Positions 28,699-38,272 of a stretch of 64,000 bases of DNA are shown here, piece after piece. Both the position numbers and the translations under genes were made by a program. This DNA comes from Candidatus Latescibacterota bacterium. Lineage in GTDB: Bacteria > Latescibacterota > UBA2968 > UBA8231. Under the pieces are notes generated by a model. That model was not told the DNA's origin. It was given only the letters and a program-made list of their open reading frames with translations, and made no database searches. Numbering within the stretch: position 1 is the first letter of the stretch; each line of letters begins with the position of its first letter. Location of the stretch: the NCBI GenBank assembly GCA_965221775.1, contig CBDCSU010000006.1, positions 1,888,001 to 1,952,000 of the forward strand. Direction: 5' to 3'.

Positions 28699-29604
28699 TC
28701 AGGGGGCCTCCTGCAGGATGGCATCGATGCGGGCGAGCTCGCCGGCGTCGAAGGTGACCTCCGCGGCGCCGAGATGCTCCTGCACCTGCTCAAGGCTCTT
28801 GGCGCCCACGAGGACGCAGCTGACCGCCGGCTGCCGCAGGCACCAGGCGATGGCCATCTGCACCAGGGTGAGGCCCTTGCCGGCGGCGATCTCGCCCAGG
28901 CGCCCGGCCACGGCGCAGCAGCGGGCGAAGCTCTCCCCCTGAAAGCGGGAGGAGGTGGAGCGCTCGTCGTCGTCGGGGAAGACGTGGCCGGGGGCGTAAC
29001 GGCCGGTGAGCAGGCCCTTGGCCAGCGGACTGTGGGCGAGATTGCCGACGCCGTTGGCCTCGCACCACGGCAGGTCGTCCGCCTCGATCTGCCGGTGGAG
29101 CATGTTGTAGCAGGGCTGACTGGAGACGAAGGGGGCGGCGGAAGCCGCGGCTTCCATCTGCGCGGCGTTGAAGTTGGAGACGCCGAGGTAGCGGGTCTTG
29201 CCCTCCTCCTGGAGGCGGGCCATGGCGGCCATCGTCGCCTCGATGGGGTCGCGCTCGCCGCGCCAGGAGTGCACCTGGTAGAGGTCGACGTGGTCGACGC
29301 CGAGGGCGCGCAGGGAGTTCTCCATGGCGGCGCGAACCGCGGCCGGGGAGTAGTCGCCGCTGACCTTGGTGGCCAGGAAGCAGCGCTCGCGGTAGCCGTC
29401 GCGCAGGGCCCTGCCGACGATCGACTCGCTCGGGCCGTAGGCCTGGGCCGTGTCCACCAGGGTGACGCCGGCGTCGATGGCGCCGCGCACGGTGCGGACC
29501 GCCTCGGCCTCTTCCATTCGCCCCATGCCGCCCCCGATCGGCCAGGCGCCGAGGCCGATCACCGGGACCCGGGGACCGTCTCTACCGAGACTCCGATACC
29601 GCAT
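28699..29604 (-). CDS. Aldo/keto reductase
   Basis: IGLGAW, DTAQAY, ATKV, DLYQVH, GVSNF, SPLAKGLL. Confidence 0.92.
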   Translation of the reverse strand: MRYRSLGRDGPRVPVIGLGAWPIGGGMGRMEEAEAVRTVRGAIDAGVTLVDTAQAYGPSESIVGRALRDGYRERCFLATKVSGDYSPAAVRAAMENSLRALGVDHVDLYQVHSWRGERDPIEATMAAMARLQEEGKTRYLGVSNFNAAQMEAAASAAPFVSSQPCYNMLHRQIEADDLPWCEANGVGNLAHSPLAKGLLTGRYAPGHVFPDDDERSTSSRFQGESFARCCAVAGRLGEIAAGKGLTLVQMAIAWCLRQPAVSCVLVGAKSLEQVQEHLGAAEVTFDAGELARIDAILQEAP

Positions 29605-30820
29605 GCCGCGCCTCCTCTCCGTTCTGCCGCCGCTCGCGCCACGCCAGCCCCGCAAGGGTTGCCGCCACCAAGGCGGTCGCCACCACGGCGGCCAGGTTCA
29701 ACTGGTACCAGCCGATGCGCGCCTCCAGGGCCCCGGACGAGAACGAGGACAGGATCATGGTGGCAAAGATCAGGAAATCGTTGGCCGACTGCACCCGCGT
29801 TTTCTCGCCCTCGCCGGAGTAGGTGCCGGTGAGCAGGCTCGTGCACGAGACGAAGAGGAAGTTCCAGCCCACGCCGAGCAGGGTCAGGCCGGCCATGTAC
29901 CAGGCCACCTCGGTGCCGCCGAGGTTGACGAGGGCGGAGGCCCCGATCAACAGGATGCCGGCGAACATGACGGGGCGCTCGCCGACGCGCTGCACGATGC
30001 TGCCGGTGAAGAAGGAGGGCACGTACATGCCGAGGACGTGCCACTGGATCACCCGCGCCGTGTCGTGGAAGGCGTGGTGGTGGCGCTCCATCGACAGGGG
30101 TGTGGCGTTCATCAGCAGGGACATGAGCCCCCAGCTGGCCACGGCGCCGAGGAGGGCCATGCGGAAGGTGGGATGGGCGGCGATGCGGGTCAGGGGCCGG
30201 CCGCCGGTCGACTCGGAGCGCGGCGTCGGCGGCGGCAGGCGGGTGCAGGACATGACGAGCAGGATCAGCGCCTGCAGGATGACGATGCAGCCGAAGGAGC
30301 CGGCGAACTCGCGGCCCTCCCAGAGGAACCGGGTCTCGGCGGCCATCGTGGAACCTGCCACCGCGGCGATCACCCCGCCGGCCATGACCAGCGAGATGGC
30401 GCGGCTGCGGAACGCCGGCGGCGAGACCTCCGCCGCGGCGAACCGGTAGTAGGTGGCGAAGCCGTTGACCGTGCCGATGAGCAGGGCGCCGGCGCAGAGC
30501 AGGAGGAACTCCCCGCGCCAGGCCGCCGCCGCGGCCACCAGGGCCCCGGCCACGCCGAGGGCGCCACCGGTGAGGAAGCCGATGCGGCGTCCGTGGCGGC
30601 GCATCCAGTGGGCGGCCGGGATCGTGGTCAGGGTTGTGGCCACCGGCACCAAGGCCAGGGGCAGCGTCGTCAGCGAGGGGTCGGGCGTCAGGCGGCTGCC
30701 CGCCAGCCCCATGGTGGTCAGCAGGATGACGGCGGAGGTGCGGGTCAGGGCCTCGCAGACGAAGAGGAGCCCCACCTGCAGGTAGGGGCTGGACGGCGCT
30801 TCGGCCGGGGGGCCGGTCAC
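29582..30820 (-). CDS. MFS transporter
   Basis: About 12 hydrophobic segments, GRRIGF, YYRFAAAE, IQWHVLGMYVPSFFTG; GTG overlaps the aroG stop. Confidence 0.85.
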   Translation of the reverse strand: MTGPPAEAPSSPYLQVGLLFVCEALTRTSAVILLTTMGLAGSRLTPDPSLTTLPLALVPVATTLTTIPAAHWMRRHGRRIGFLTGGALGVAGALVAAAAAWRGEFLLLCAGALLIGTVNGFATYYRFAAAEVSPPAFRSRAISLVMAGGVIAAVAGSTMAAETRFLWEGREFAGSFGCIVILQALILLVMSCTRLPPPTPRSESTGGRPLTRIAAHPTFRMALLGAVASWGLMSLLMNATPLSMERHHHAFHDTARVIQWHVLGMYVPSFFTGSIVQRVGERPVMFAGILLIGASALVNLGGTEVAWYMAGLTLLGVGWNFLFVSCTSLLTGTYSGEGEKTRVQSANDFLIFATMILSSFSSGALEARIGWYQLNLAAVVATALVAATLAGLAWRERRQNGEEARHAVSESR

Positions 30821-31884
30821 CCGGACCGGCCGGCGCGGCGCTGGCGTACCGCCCCGGCCAGCAACTCCAGGATCTGCGCCGTCTGCTCCCAGGAGATGCA
30901 GGCATCGGTGATGCTCTGACCGAAGACCGGGGCCTGCCCCGGCACCAGGTCCTGGCGGCCCTCCACCAGGTGGCTCTCCATCATGACGCCGAAGAGGTGG
31001 TCCGATCCGCCGGAGATCTGGGCCGCCACTTCCTCGGCGACGGCTGCCTGCCGCAGGTGGTCCTTGTCGCTGTTGCCGTGGCTGCAGTCGATCATCACCC
31101 GGTGGGGCAGATCTTCCTCGTCGAGGCGCGCGGCCAGGGCGTCGACGGTGGCGCGGTCGTAGTTGGGGCCGGAGCCGGCGCCGCGCAGGATCACGTGGCA
31201 GGCGTCGTTGCCGGAGGTGGCCACGATCGCCGAGATCCCCTGCTTGGTGACGGAGAGGAAGTGGTGGGCCCCCCGGGCGGCCTTGATGGCGTCGATGGCC
31301 AGCTGGGTGCTGCCGCCGGTGCCGTTCTTGAAGCCCACCGGCATGGACAGGCCCGAGGCCAGCTCGCGGTGGACCTGGCTCTCGGTGGTGCGGGCGCCGA
31401 TGGCCCCCCAGGAGACGAGGTCGGCGATGAACTGGGGCGTGATGGTGTCGAGGAACTCGGTGCCGGCCCCCAGGCCGCGGTCGGCCAGGTCGAGGAGCAG
31501 CTTGCGGGCGGTGCGCAGGCCCTCGTTGATGCGGAAGGTGTCGTCGAGACCGGGATCGTTGATCAGGCCCTTCCAGCCCACGGTGGTGCGCGGTTTCTCG
31601 AAGTAGACGCGCATGAGGACGAGCAGGTCGCCGGCGAGGGGGCCGGCGGCCTCGATGAGGCGGTCGGCGTACTCGTGGGCGGATTCGGGCTCGTGGATCG
31701 AGCACGGACCGGCGACCACCACCAGGCGGTCGTCCCGGCCCTCGAGAGCGGCGCGGACCTCCTCGCGGCAGCGGCTCACCGTGGCCGAGGCCGGCTCCGA
31801 GACCGGCAGCTCCTCCATGAGGATCGCCGGCGGGATCAGGGGCTTGATCCCGGCGATCCGCAGATCGTCCGTCGGGTGCAGCAT
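30817..31884 (-). CDS. aroG: 3-deoxy-7-phosphoheptulonate synthase, class I-alpha
   Basis: GPCSIH, RVYFEKPRTTVGWKG, GARTTESQVHRE, DCSHGN, SITDAC. Confidence 0.95.
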   Translation of the reverse strand: MLHPTDDLRIAGIKPLIPPAILMEELPVSEPASATVSRCREEVRAALEGRDDRLVVVAGPCSIHEPESAHEYADRLIEAAGPLAGDLLVLMRVYFEKPRTTVGWKGLINDPGLDDTFRINEGLRTARKLLLDLADRGLGAGTEFLDTITPQFIADLVSWGAIGARTTESQVHRELASGLSMPVGFKNGTGGSTQLAIDAIKAARGAHHFLSVTKQGISAIVATSGNDACHVILRGAGSGPNYDRATVDALAARLDEEDLPHRVMIDCSHGNSDKDHLRQAAVAEEVAAQISGGSDHLFGVMMESHLVEGRQDLVPGQAPVFGQSITDACISWEQTAQILELLAGAVRQRRAGRSG

Positions 31885-31981
31885 CAACTCTCCTCCGGGG
31901 TGGCGGGTGGTGGCGCGGAGCTGACGGGCGGGCCTTATTCAGCCGCTCGATTCTCGCGATCAAATATAGGAGCGACCATCC

Positions 31982-32974
31982 ATGGGCAGGCCCCGGGCCG
32001 TCATCACCGTCAACCTCGACATCGCCGGCCGCCGCCCCTCGGCGGAGGTCTTCGACGCCGCCGGCATCGACTGGGAGCACCGCTACGGCGCGCCCGACTG
32101 GCTCGACGACGACACGCGCGCGTCTCTGGCCGGCGTCGACGCCATCCTCGCCGGGGCGGAGCGCCTGGACGAGTCGACCATGGCCCACGCCGACCGGCTC
32201 AAGGTCGTCTCCCGCAACGGCGTCGGCTACGACCGGGTCGACGTCGACTACTGCACCCGGCGGGGGATCGTCGTCACCTACACGCCCGGGGTCATGGCCG
32301 ACGCCGTGGCCGATCTGACCATGGGCCTGCTGCTGGCCGCCGTGCGCGGCATCTCGACCGGCGACCGCCACGTGAAGGGGGGCGGCTACGAGGCCGCCAT
32401 GGGCGAGGACCTGGCGGCCATGACCCTCGGCCTGTTGGGCTGCGGGCGCATCGGCGTCGAGGTGGTTCGCCGGGCCCTCGGGTTCCGCATGCGGGTCCTG
32501 GTCCACGACCCCTGGGTCGCTCCCGAAGAGCTGCGCAAGATCGGCGCCGAGCCGGTCGATCTCGACGGCCTGCTGGCCGGCTCCGACGCCGTCAGCCTGC
32601 ACCTGCCCATGTCGCAGGAGAACGCCCGCATCGTCGACGCCGGCTTCCTGGGCCGCATGAAGCCGGGGAGCTGGCTGATCAACACCGCCCGTGGCGGTCT
32701 CGTCGACGAGCCCGCCCTGATCGCCGCCCTGGAGGCCGGTCACCTGGCCGGCGCCGGACTCGACTGCCAGGCCACGGAACCGCCAGCCGGGGATTCCGCC
32801 CGCCTGGTCGCCCTCGAGCAGGTGGTGGCGACGCCCCACGGCGGCTCCAACACGGTGGCGGCGCGGACCCGCATGGCCGAGCTGGGCGCCCAGGGGATCG
32901 TCGACGTGCTCCAGGGCCGCCGGCCGGAGCACGTGGTCAACCCGGAGGTGCTGGAGAAGGTGGGGATTCGCTGA
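31982..32974 (+). CDS. D-2-hydroxyacid dehydrogenase (phosphoglycerate dehydrogenase-like)
   Basis: GVGYD, GCGRIG, INTARGG, TPH. Confidence 0.9.
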   Translation: MGRPRAVITVNLDIAGRRPSAEVFDAAGIDWEHRYGAPDWLDDDTRASLAGVDAILAGAERLDESTMAHADRLKVVSRNGVGYDRVDVDYCTRRGIVVTYTPGVMADAVADLTMGLLLAAVRGISTGDRHVKGGGYEAAMGEDLAAMTLGLLGCGRIGVEVVRRALGFRMRVLVHDPWVAPEELRKIGAEPVDLDGLLAGSDAVSLHLPMSQENARIVDAGFLGRMKPGSWLINTARGGLVDEPALIAALEAGHLAGAGLDCQATEPPAGDSARLVALEQVVATPHGGSNTVAARTRMAELGAQGIVDVLQGRRPEHVVNPEVLEKVGIR

Positions 32975-33041
32975 GGGTGGGGCTGGCCTGAAGAGAGGCG
33001 GGACCCCTGCCGGCGCGGTGGGTCCCGGGTGGAGCCGGGCC

Positions 33042-34184
33042 CTAGACTCCGTCCGGGCGCAGCCAGCCGAGGGGGAGCGGGCACCAGCCCCGCAGGGCGC
33101 CCAGGGCCGGGGGCACCGCCGTCACCAGGTCCGCCGCCAGCGGGCCGAAGAGGGCGCGCATCGCCGTCGCCGGGTCCCAGTTGTCTCCGTCTGAAGCATC
33201 CTCCCGCCGGCACTCGGGACGGCCGTCCCGCACACGCATCCTCAAGGTACCGTAGCCCTCGATGCCGACGTCGGCCTCGCCCTCGGGCAGACGATCGCAG
33301 ACCCCCATCAGGGCCTCCACCGTGGGCGCCCAGTCGAAGACCTGCCAGTTGCCCGAGGAGGCGACGCTCACCGATTCCCCCACGGCGGCCAGCCGCCGCA
33401 CCAGGACCTGCCGCTCCGGCGGCAGGGAGAAGCGCACGGAGCCGGCATCGCGAGCCTGCACCCAGGCGGGAGCCATGGCCAGGGCCGTCTCCTCGTCGCG
33501 GCCGACCAGCTCGGCGACCTGGCCGCCGTCGGGGGTGGCCACCAGGTAGCCGGCCATCTCGCCGGAGGCGTCGAGGGCCGCGTGCGGGCGGTTGTACCAG
33601 GCGCGCAGGTAGCGGTGGAACCAGGGCTTGCGGCGCCGGCAGTGGACGCGCTGAGCCTGGTGCATCCGCCAGGCCTGCTCCAGGCGGCCGGAATGGCCGG
33701 GCTCGAGAGCCTCGAAGCGCAGGTCCACAGGCTCAGGACAGGCGTGGCGCAGGTTGGCCGGCCCCAGGTCGACGGAGACCGTCCGGCCGCACTTCTCGTA
33801 CCCGAAGTAGCCGTAGCGCTGGCGCTGGCCGCCGAGCCAGGAGAGGTGGAAGCCCTCGGCCTTCATGCGCTCCACGCAGTGGCGCATGAGAACCCCCATG
33901 TAGCCCCTGCCGCGGTCGCCGGGGTGGGTGGAGACGCCGCCGATGCCGCCGACCTTCAGCAGGCGGCCGCCGACCTGCCAGTCGATGGGGAAGAGCCCGA
34001 CGATGGCGCGGATCCGCCCGTCCACGCGCAGGGCGTGGTTGCAGGACATGAGCTCGTCGCAGGGCTGGTAGATCGACGGCAGGAGGGTGGCGAAGTCGTG
34101 GGGGCGGTGCTCGCCGAAGACACCGTCGAGGAAGGCGATCGCCTCGTCGAAGTCGGCGCCGGAGAGCTGGACGACGTCGGCCAA
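33042..34184 (-). CDS. GNAT (Eis-like) acetyltransferase
   Basis: GIGGVSTHPGDRGRGYM..SWLGGQRQRYGYFGYE. Confidence 0.8.
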   Translation of the reverse strand: MADVVQLSGADFDEAIAFLDGVFGEHRPHDFATLLPSIYQPCDELMSCNHALRVDGRIRAIVGLFPIDWQVGGRLLKVGGIGGVSTHPGDRGRGYMGVLMRHCVERMKAEGFHLSWLGGQRQRYGYFGYEKCGRTVSVDLGPANLRHACPEPVDLRFEALEPGHSGRLEQAWRMHQAQRVHCRRRKPWFHRYLRAWYNRPHAALDASGEMAGYLVATPDGGQVAELVGRDEETALAMAPAWVQARDAGSVRFSLPPERQVLVRRLAAVGESVSVASSGNWQVFDWAPTVEALMGVCDRLPEGEADVGIEGYGTLRMRVRDGRPECRREDASDGDNWDPATAMRALFGPLAADLVTAVPPALGALRGWCPLPLGWLRPDGV

Positions 34185-34185
34185 G

Positions 34186-34971
34186 CTACCGGCCGGGGTG
34201 GGGCATGAAGAACTCGAAGCGCGCCGGGTCGCCGTAGCCCTCGATCTCGGTGGGGCGGATGCCGGCGCTGTCGCGCGCGGCGCGCACGATCGTCTTGTTG
34301 AAGTCGCTCACGCCCTCGGCCTCGAAGTAATCCTGCACAGGCATCCAGCGGCTCTCGGCGATCTCCTCCTCCTGGATGGTGATGCGCTCGTCGAGGGGGC
34401 GCAGGCGGCAGACGAAGTAGATGTCGGACTTGCCGTAGCGGTAGCCGTGCCAGTGGCGGAAGCAGACGAGGGCGTCGAACTCGGTGCTCACCCCCGTCTC
34501 CTCGAAGACCTCGCGGACGATGCCCTCCACGAGGTGCTCCCCTTCGTGCAGGGCGCCGCCGGGCAGCTTGTAGCTCCCGCGGCGGCGGGGGGTGCGGTGA
34601 TACCGCTCGCTGACCACGAGCAGCTCGTCGCGGTCGTTGATGGCCACGCCGCCGACGCCTATGTAGTGCGAGGCGTGGGCGGGGATGAAGGCGTCCTCTT
34701 CGAGGCGCGCCGTCATCATCAGGCTGTCGTCGTTGGAATGGTGGAAGGCGAAGCCGGCCGACGCGGCCACGGGGATCAGATCGGCCCGGTCGATGGAGAT
34801 CTCGAGCCAGACGACGCGGTATCCCTTGTCGCGCCAGTGGGCCATGGAGGCCTCGAGCCGGGCGGCGAAACGGGCCGGATCGCGGTCGAGGGCGCCGGGC
34901 TCGGGAATGACGCCGCCGAAGGGGTTCTCGCCGGCGGGGATGACGTTCGGTTCGTCGGTCACGGGGGCCAT
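34186..34971 (-). CDS. NUDIX hydrolase, NUDT6-like
   Basis: GFAFHH pre-Nudix segment, Nudix box PGG..EGE..REVFEETG, RHWHG..GKSDIYFVCRL. Confidence 0.85.
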   Translation of the reverse strand: MAPVTDEPNVIPAGENPFGGVIPEPGALDRDPARFAARLEASMAHWRDKGYRVVWLEISIDRADLIPVAASAGFAFHHSNDDSLMMTARLEEDAFIPAHASHYIGVGGVAINDRDELLVVSERYHRTPRRRGSYKLPGGALHEGEHLVEGIVREVFEETGVSTEFDALVCFRHWHGYRYGKSDIYFVCRLRPLDERITIQEEEIAESRWMPVQDYFEAEGVSDFNKTIVRAARDSAGIRPTEIEGYGDPARFEFFMPHPGR

Positions 34972-35096
34972 TGGGGCGGTATGTAGCCGAGCGGTTCGAG
35001 GCATGTCAAGGTCGTCTTGGACGTGGCAGGTTTCGGCGATCTTGGGTACTTTTGGCGCATCGATCCCACCCAAACCGACGAGAGGAGCTCTCGCCC

Positions 35097-35294
35097 ATGC
35101 CGTTTTCGTTCAAGAACTCGAAGGGAACGTCCTACATCCTCCACCAGAAGACCACGACCCTGAAGAACGGGAACACGCAGAACATCTTCTTCTTCGCCAA
35201 GGAGGCCCGCGAAGGCGCCCTCGACGAGGTGCCCGAGGGCTACCAGGTCGCCGAGAGCCGCAACGGCCTTCCGGTGCTCAAGCGCTCCAGCTGA
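35097..35294 (+). CDS. Small hypothetical protein (65 aa)
   Basis: MPFSFKNSKGTSYILHQK..FFFAK..PEGY.V.E..NGLPVLK; GAGGAG RBS and its own terminator. Confidence 0.75.
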   Translation: MPFSFKNSKGTSYILHQKTTTLKNGNTQNIFFFAKEAREGALDEVPEGYQVAESRNGLPVLKRSS

Positions 35295-35325
35295 GTCTCT
35301 TCAGGAAGCAAGACCAGAGGTATCC

Positions 35326-35361
35326 AGGCGCCGGTGGGTTTCCGCCGGCGCCTTTCTCTTT
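35326..35361 (+). terminator. Rho-independent terminator
   Basis: AGGCGCCGGTGG-gttt-CCGCCGGCGCCT followed by TTCTCTTT. Confidence 0.7.
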
Positions 35362-35410
35362 GCCGGGCCCAGCCGGCGGGCCTAGCCTTCGGCCCGCCCC
35401 CACCGGAGTG

Positions 35411-37255
35411 ATGCAGATGGAACGCACCCTGTCCCGCCGCCTCGGCAAGCGCACCGCGAGCCGGGAACTGCTCGCCTTCCTCGACGAGCGGCTGCCGCGC
35501 CTGCAGAGGCCGTCCTCACCGGCGGCCTGGAAGCGCCGCGCCACCAAGGCCCGCGCCGCCGTCCTCGAGCTGTTCCTGCGCGGCCATCCCGCCGGCGTCC
35601 TCGAGGAGCAGCCCCGCGTCGAGTGGCGCGGCGTGATCGACGCCGGCCCCGGTTACCGCATCCGCAAGCTCCGCTACGAGGGTTACCCCGGCCTGTGGGT
35701 GCCGGCCCTGCTCTACGAGCCCACCAGCCTCAGCGGCAAGGTGCCCGCCGTGCTCAACCCCAACGGGCACCACGCCGGCGGCAAGGCGATGGACTACAAG
35801 CAGGCGCGCTGCATCAACCTGGCGAAGCGCGGCATGCTGGCCCTGAACACCGAGTTCATCGGCATGGGGGAGTTGCGCTCCGACAGCGACCACATGCGCA
35901 TCAGCCTCCTCGACTTCTGCGGCGTCGCCGGCGTCGGCGTGTTCTACCTGCTCATGAAGCGCGGCCTCGACGTGCTGCTTGCCCACCGCCACGCCGACCC
36001 GGAGCGGGTGGCCATGACCGGCCTCTCCGGCGGCGGCTGGCAGACGGCGGTCCTCTCCGCCCTCGACGAGCGCGTCACCGTGCCGGTGCCCGTGGCCGGC
36101 CACTCACCCGTGTGGCAACGCTGCCGCTGCGCCGCCGACATGGGCGACTTGGAGCAGTGCCCCACCGACCTGTGCACGGCCGCCGACTACGACGTCCTCA
36201 CCGGCATGTTCGCGCCGCGGCCGACGCTGCTCATCTACAACCACGAGGACGACTGCTGCTTCCAGACCCGGCGCACCAGGCTCTCCGTGTACCGGCCGGC
36301 CCGCGCCGTCTTCGAGACCCTGGGCGCCGGCGGCGACATCGAGCTGCACGACAACCTCGACCCCGGCACCCACAACTACGAGAGCGACAACCGCGGCCAG
36401 CTCTACCGCTTCCTCAACAAGCACTGGGGCCTGGACACGCCGGACGACGATCTGCCCTACGAGGAGGAGCTGCTGCCGGAGAGCGAGCTGAACGTCGGGC
36501 TGCCCGCCGACAACGCCACCCTCTACTCGCTGGCGCAGGTCCACCTGCAGAGGATCCGCCGCCGCCGCGAGAAGGCCCGCCCGGCCTCCGCGGCGGTGAC
36601 CCGCCGAAGGCTGGCGCGGGTGCTGCACCTGGGCCGGTACGAGGCGGAGGGCGCCCTGGGCAGGCGCGGCCCCCGGGGCGGATTGGCCACGAGCGACGGG
36701 GCGCTTCGCGTCGGCCCCTGGTCGGTGCCGGTGACCGCCGTGGAGCCGGGGGGAAGGGCGAAGGGCACGGAGATCATCCTCAGCGACGGGGGGCGCGGCG
36801 GGTCGGCGGCCCTGGCGCGGGAGGCTCTGGAGGAGCGGCGCCGGGTGCTGGCCGTCGACCTCTTCGGCGCCGGCGAGAACGCCTGCGCCTTTCAGTACCA
36901 CATGCTCCTGGCCAGCGCCGGCGAGCGGTCCCTCGGCATCATGGCCGGGCAGCTGCTGGCCGTGGCCGAATGGGCGTCGCGGCACTACCCCGGCGAGCTG
37001 CACCTACGCGCCGCGGGCCGGACGGCGCCGGTCCTCTGCCTGCTGGCGGCGGCCCTGCAGCCGCGGCGGTTTTCCGGGATCGTCACCAGCGCACAGATCG
37101 ACTCCCTGGAGCGGCTCGTCGAGTGGCCCTCGTCCTACGCGGCGGACGCGCCCCTGCTCTGCTTCGGACTGCTGGAGGAGATCGACCTGCCCGACCTGGT
37201 GCGCCTGTCGGCGCCGGTGCCGCTGGCGGACTCGAGCCGGGGGCCGCTGCGGTGA
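35411..37255 (+). CDS. Alpha/beta hydrolase (acetylxylan esterase-like)
   Basis: PAVLNPNGH, TGLSGGG nucleophile motif, DDCCF, GTHNY. Confidence 0.8.
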   Translation: MQMERTLSRRLGKRTASRELLAFLDERLPRLQRPSSPAAWKRRATKARAAVLELFLRGHPAGVLEEQPRVEWRGVIDAGPGYRIRKLRYEGYPGLWVPALLYEPTSLSGKVPAVLNPNGHHAGGKAMDYKQARCINLAKRGMLALNTEFIGMGELRSDSDHMRISLLDFCGVAGVGVFYLLMKRGLDVLLAHRHADPERVAMTGLSGGGWQTAVLSALDERVTVPVPVAGHSPVWQRCRCAADMGDLEQCPTDLCTAADYDVLTGMFAPRPTLLIYNHEDDCCFQTRRTRLSVYRPARAVFETLGAGGDIELHDNLDPGTHNYESDNRGQLYRFLNKHWGLDTPDDDLPYEEELLPESELNVGLPADNATLYSLAQVHLQRIRRRREKARPASAAVTRRRLARVLHLGRYEAEGALGRRGPRGGLATSDGALRVGPWSVPVTAVEPGGRAKGTEIILSDGGRGGSAALAREALEERRRVLAVDLFGAGENACAFQYHMLLASAGERSLGIMAGQLLAVAEWASRHYPGELHLRAAGRTAPVLCLLAAALQPRRFSGIVTSAQIDSLERLVEWPSSYAADAPLLCFGLLEEIDLPDLVRLSAPVPLADSSRGPLR

Positions 37256-37289
37256 GGGGAGGGTGAACCAGACGGCGCTGGCAGCGCCC

Positions 37290-37583
37290 CTAACTGCTCG
37301 GAACCTGCACCCCGGCTTGCTCTGGAAGAGCTTCGACAAGGAGCAAGGCGACGGCGCTGCCGGCATCGGGATGCGCGACAACCGCATCGGCGGAACTGGG
37401 CTCGGGGATCTCGTTGTCCGAGCAGGCCAGGCCTTCGAGATGGAGTGCCAGAGCTTCGGCCGCCATTTCTCTGGCCTCCTCAAGGGTGCGGCCGGCGGTG
37501 ACACACCCGGGCAAGTCAGGGAAGCTCACCCCGTAGTCGCTCTGTTGCTCCTTGTGAACCAAGCCGATGTAGGTTCGCTTCAC
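37290..37583 (-). CDS. hicB: HicB family antitoxin (short; no obvious C-terminal DNA-binding domain)
   Basis: YGVSFPDLPGCVTAGRTLEEA..AEAL..IPEPS. Confidence 0.88.
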   Translation of the reverse strand: MKRTYIGLVHKEQQSDYGVSFPDLPGCVTAGRTLEEAREMAAEALALHLEGLACSDNEIPEPSSADAVVAHPDAGSAVALLLVEALPEQAGVQVPSS

Positions 37584-37592
37584 GGTGGCCTC

Positions 37593-37781
37593 CTATCGTA
37601 GTCTGAGTCCAGATTGCCGTTCGATACTCCGCAGCGTACCGGCAGGGAGGTCGCGACGCGGATGCGGAACCGTCACCAGGCCCTCCTTCTGCGGGTGCTT
37701 CAAGTGGTAATGCGATCCACGAATACGGTCTGTCTGCCAACCGTCCTCGTGCAGTCGCCTCAAGACAGTCCGGCTGTCCAT
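37593..37781 (-). CDS. hicA: HicA family mRNA interferase toxin
   Basis: L..DGW..RGSH..KHP..VTVPHP..DL..GTL.SI.RQSG. Confidence 0.9.
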   Translation of the reverse strand: MDSRTVLRRLHEDGWQTDRIRGSHYHLKHPQKEGLVTVPHPRRDLPAGTLRSIERQSGLRLR

Positions 37782-37817
37782 CTCCGAATCAGTTGATGCT
37801 CCCTGTAGGATCTCATA

Positions 37818-37854
37818 TTGACGAGATTATACCGATATTGCACGATCATGGCAC
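37818..37854. promoter_or_regulatory. Overlapping divergent sigma-70 promoter candidates between hicA and the antitoxin-like gene
   Basis: Plus strand TTGACG-N17-CACGAT (37818-37846); minus strand TATAAT at 37826-37831. Confidence 0.45.
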
Positions 37855-37869
37855 TTCACGGAGTACTCC

Positions 37870-38139
37870 TTGGCGGATGCTGAAGAACTGACCCTGCGTG
37901 GCCTGGATCCCCAGCTTGTCGCCAAGTTGAGGGAGGCGGCTGGACGGGAGGACAAGAGCGTGAGCCAGATAGCCCTGGATGCCCTGCGAAGGCATTTCGG
38001 ACTGGACAGGTCCCGCTGGTTCACGGAAGTCCATCGAGACATGGATCATCTCTTCGGACGCTGGGACAAGGAGGAGTTCGTCCGGATTCAGCGGAAAATC
38101 GATTCCGGCCGGCGCGTCGATCCGGAACAGTGGCAGTGA
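37870..38139 (+). CDS. RHH/FitA-like antitoxin; cognate toxin apparently deleted
   Basis: LTLRGLD..L..A..E..SVSQ..L (ribbon-helix-helix); stop overlaps GTG of a 7-codon stub MNRFLMG*. Confidence 0.6.
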   Translation: MADAEELTLRGLDPQLVAKLREAAGREDKSVSQIALDALRRHFGLDRSRWFTEVHRDMDHLFGRWDKEEFVRIQRKIDSGRRVDPEQWQ

Positions 38140-38170
38140 ACCGGTTTCTGATGGGGTGAAGTCGCCCGTT

Positions 38171-38269
38171 CCAGTGGCCCTGGGCGTGGCCTGGATGGCG
38201 GGCTTCTACGGGCTCGCCGCTCTCGGCGTGGAGCCGGTGGCCACGTCTTTTTCCTTTTCGCCTGGGCCG
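38171..38269 (+). repeat. Degenerate ~100-bp copy of the 5' end of the membrane-protein gene at 39370 (other copy 39367-39472)
   Basis: Both copies encode [22 protein letters not shown]; this copy has synonymous changes and an indel. Confidence 0.85.
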
Positions 38270-38272
38270 CTC

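Noticed and set aside
30821-32932. Apparent 1116-aa MFS fusion ORF
   Set aside because: The upstream part overlaps aroG out of frame and the dehydrogenase antisense; the MFS starts at 30820.
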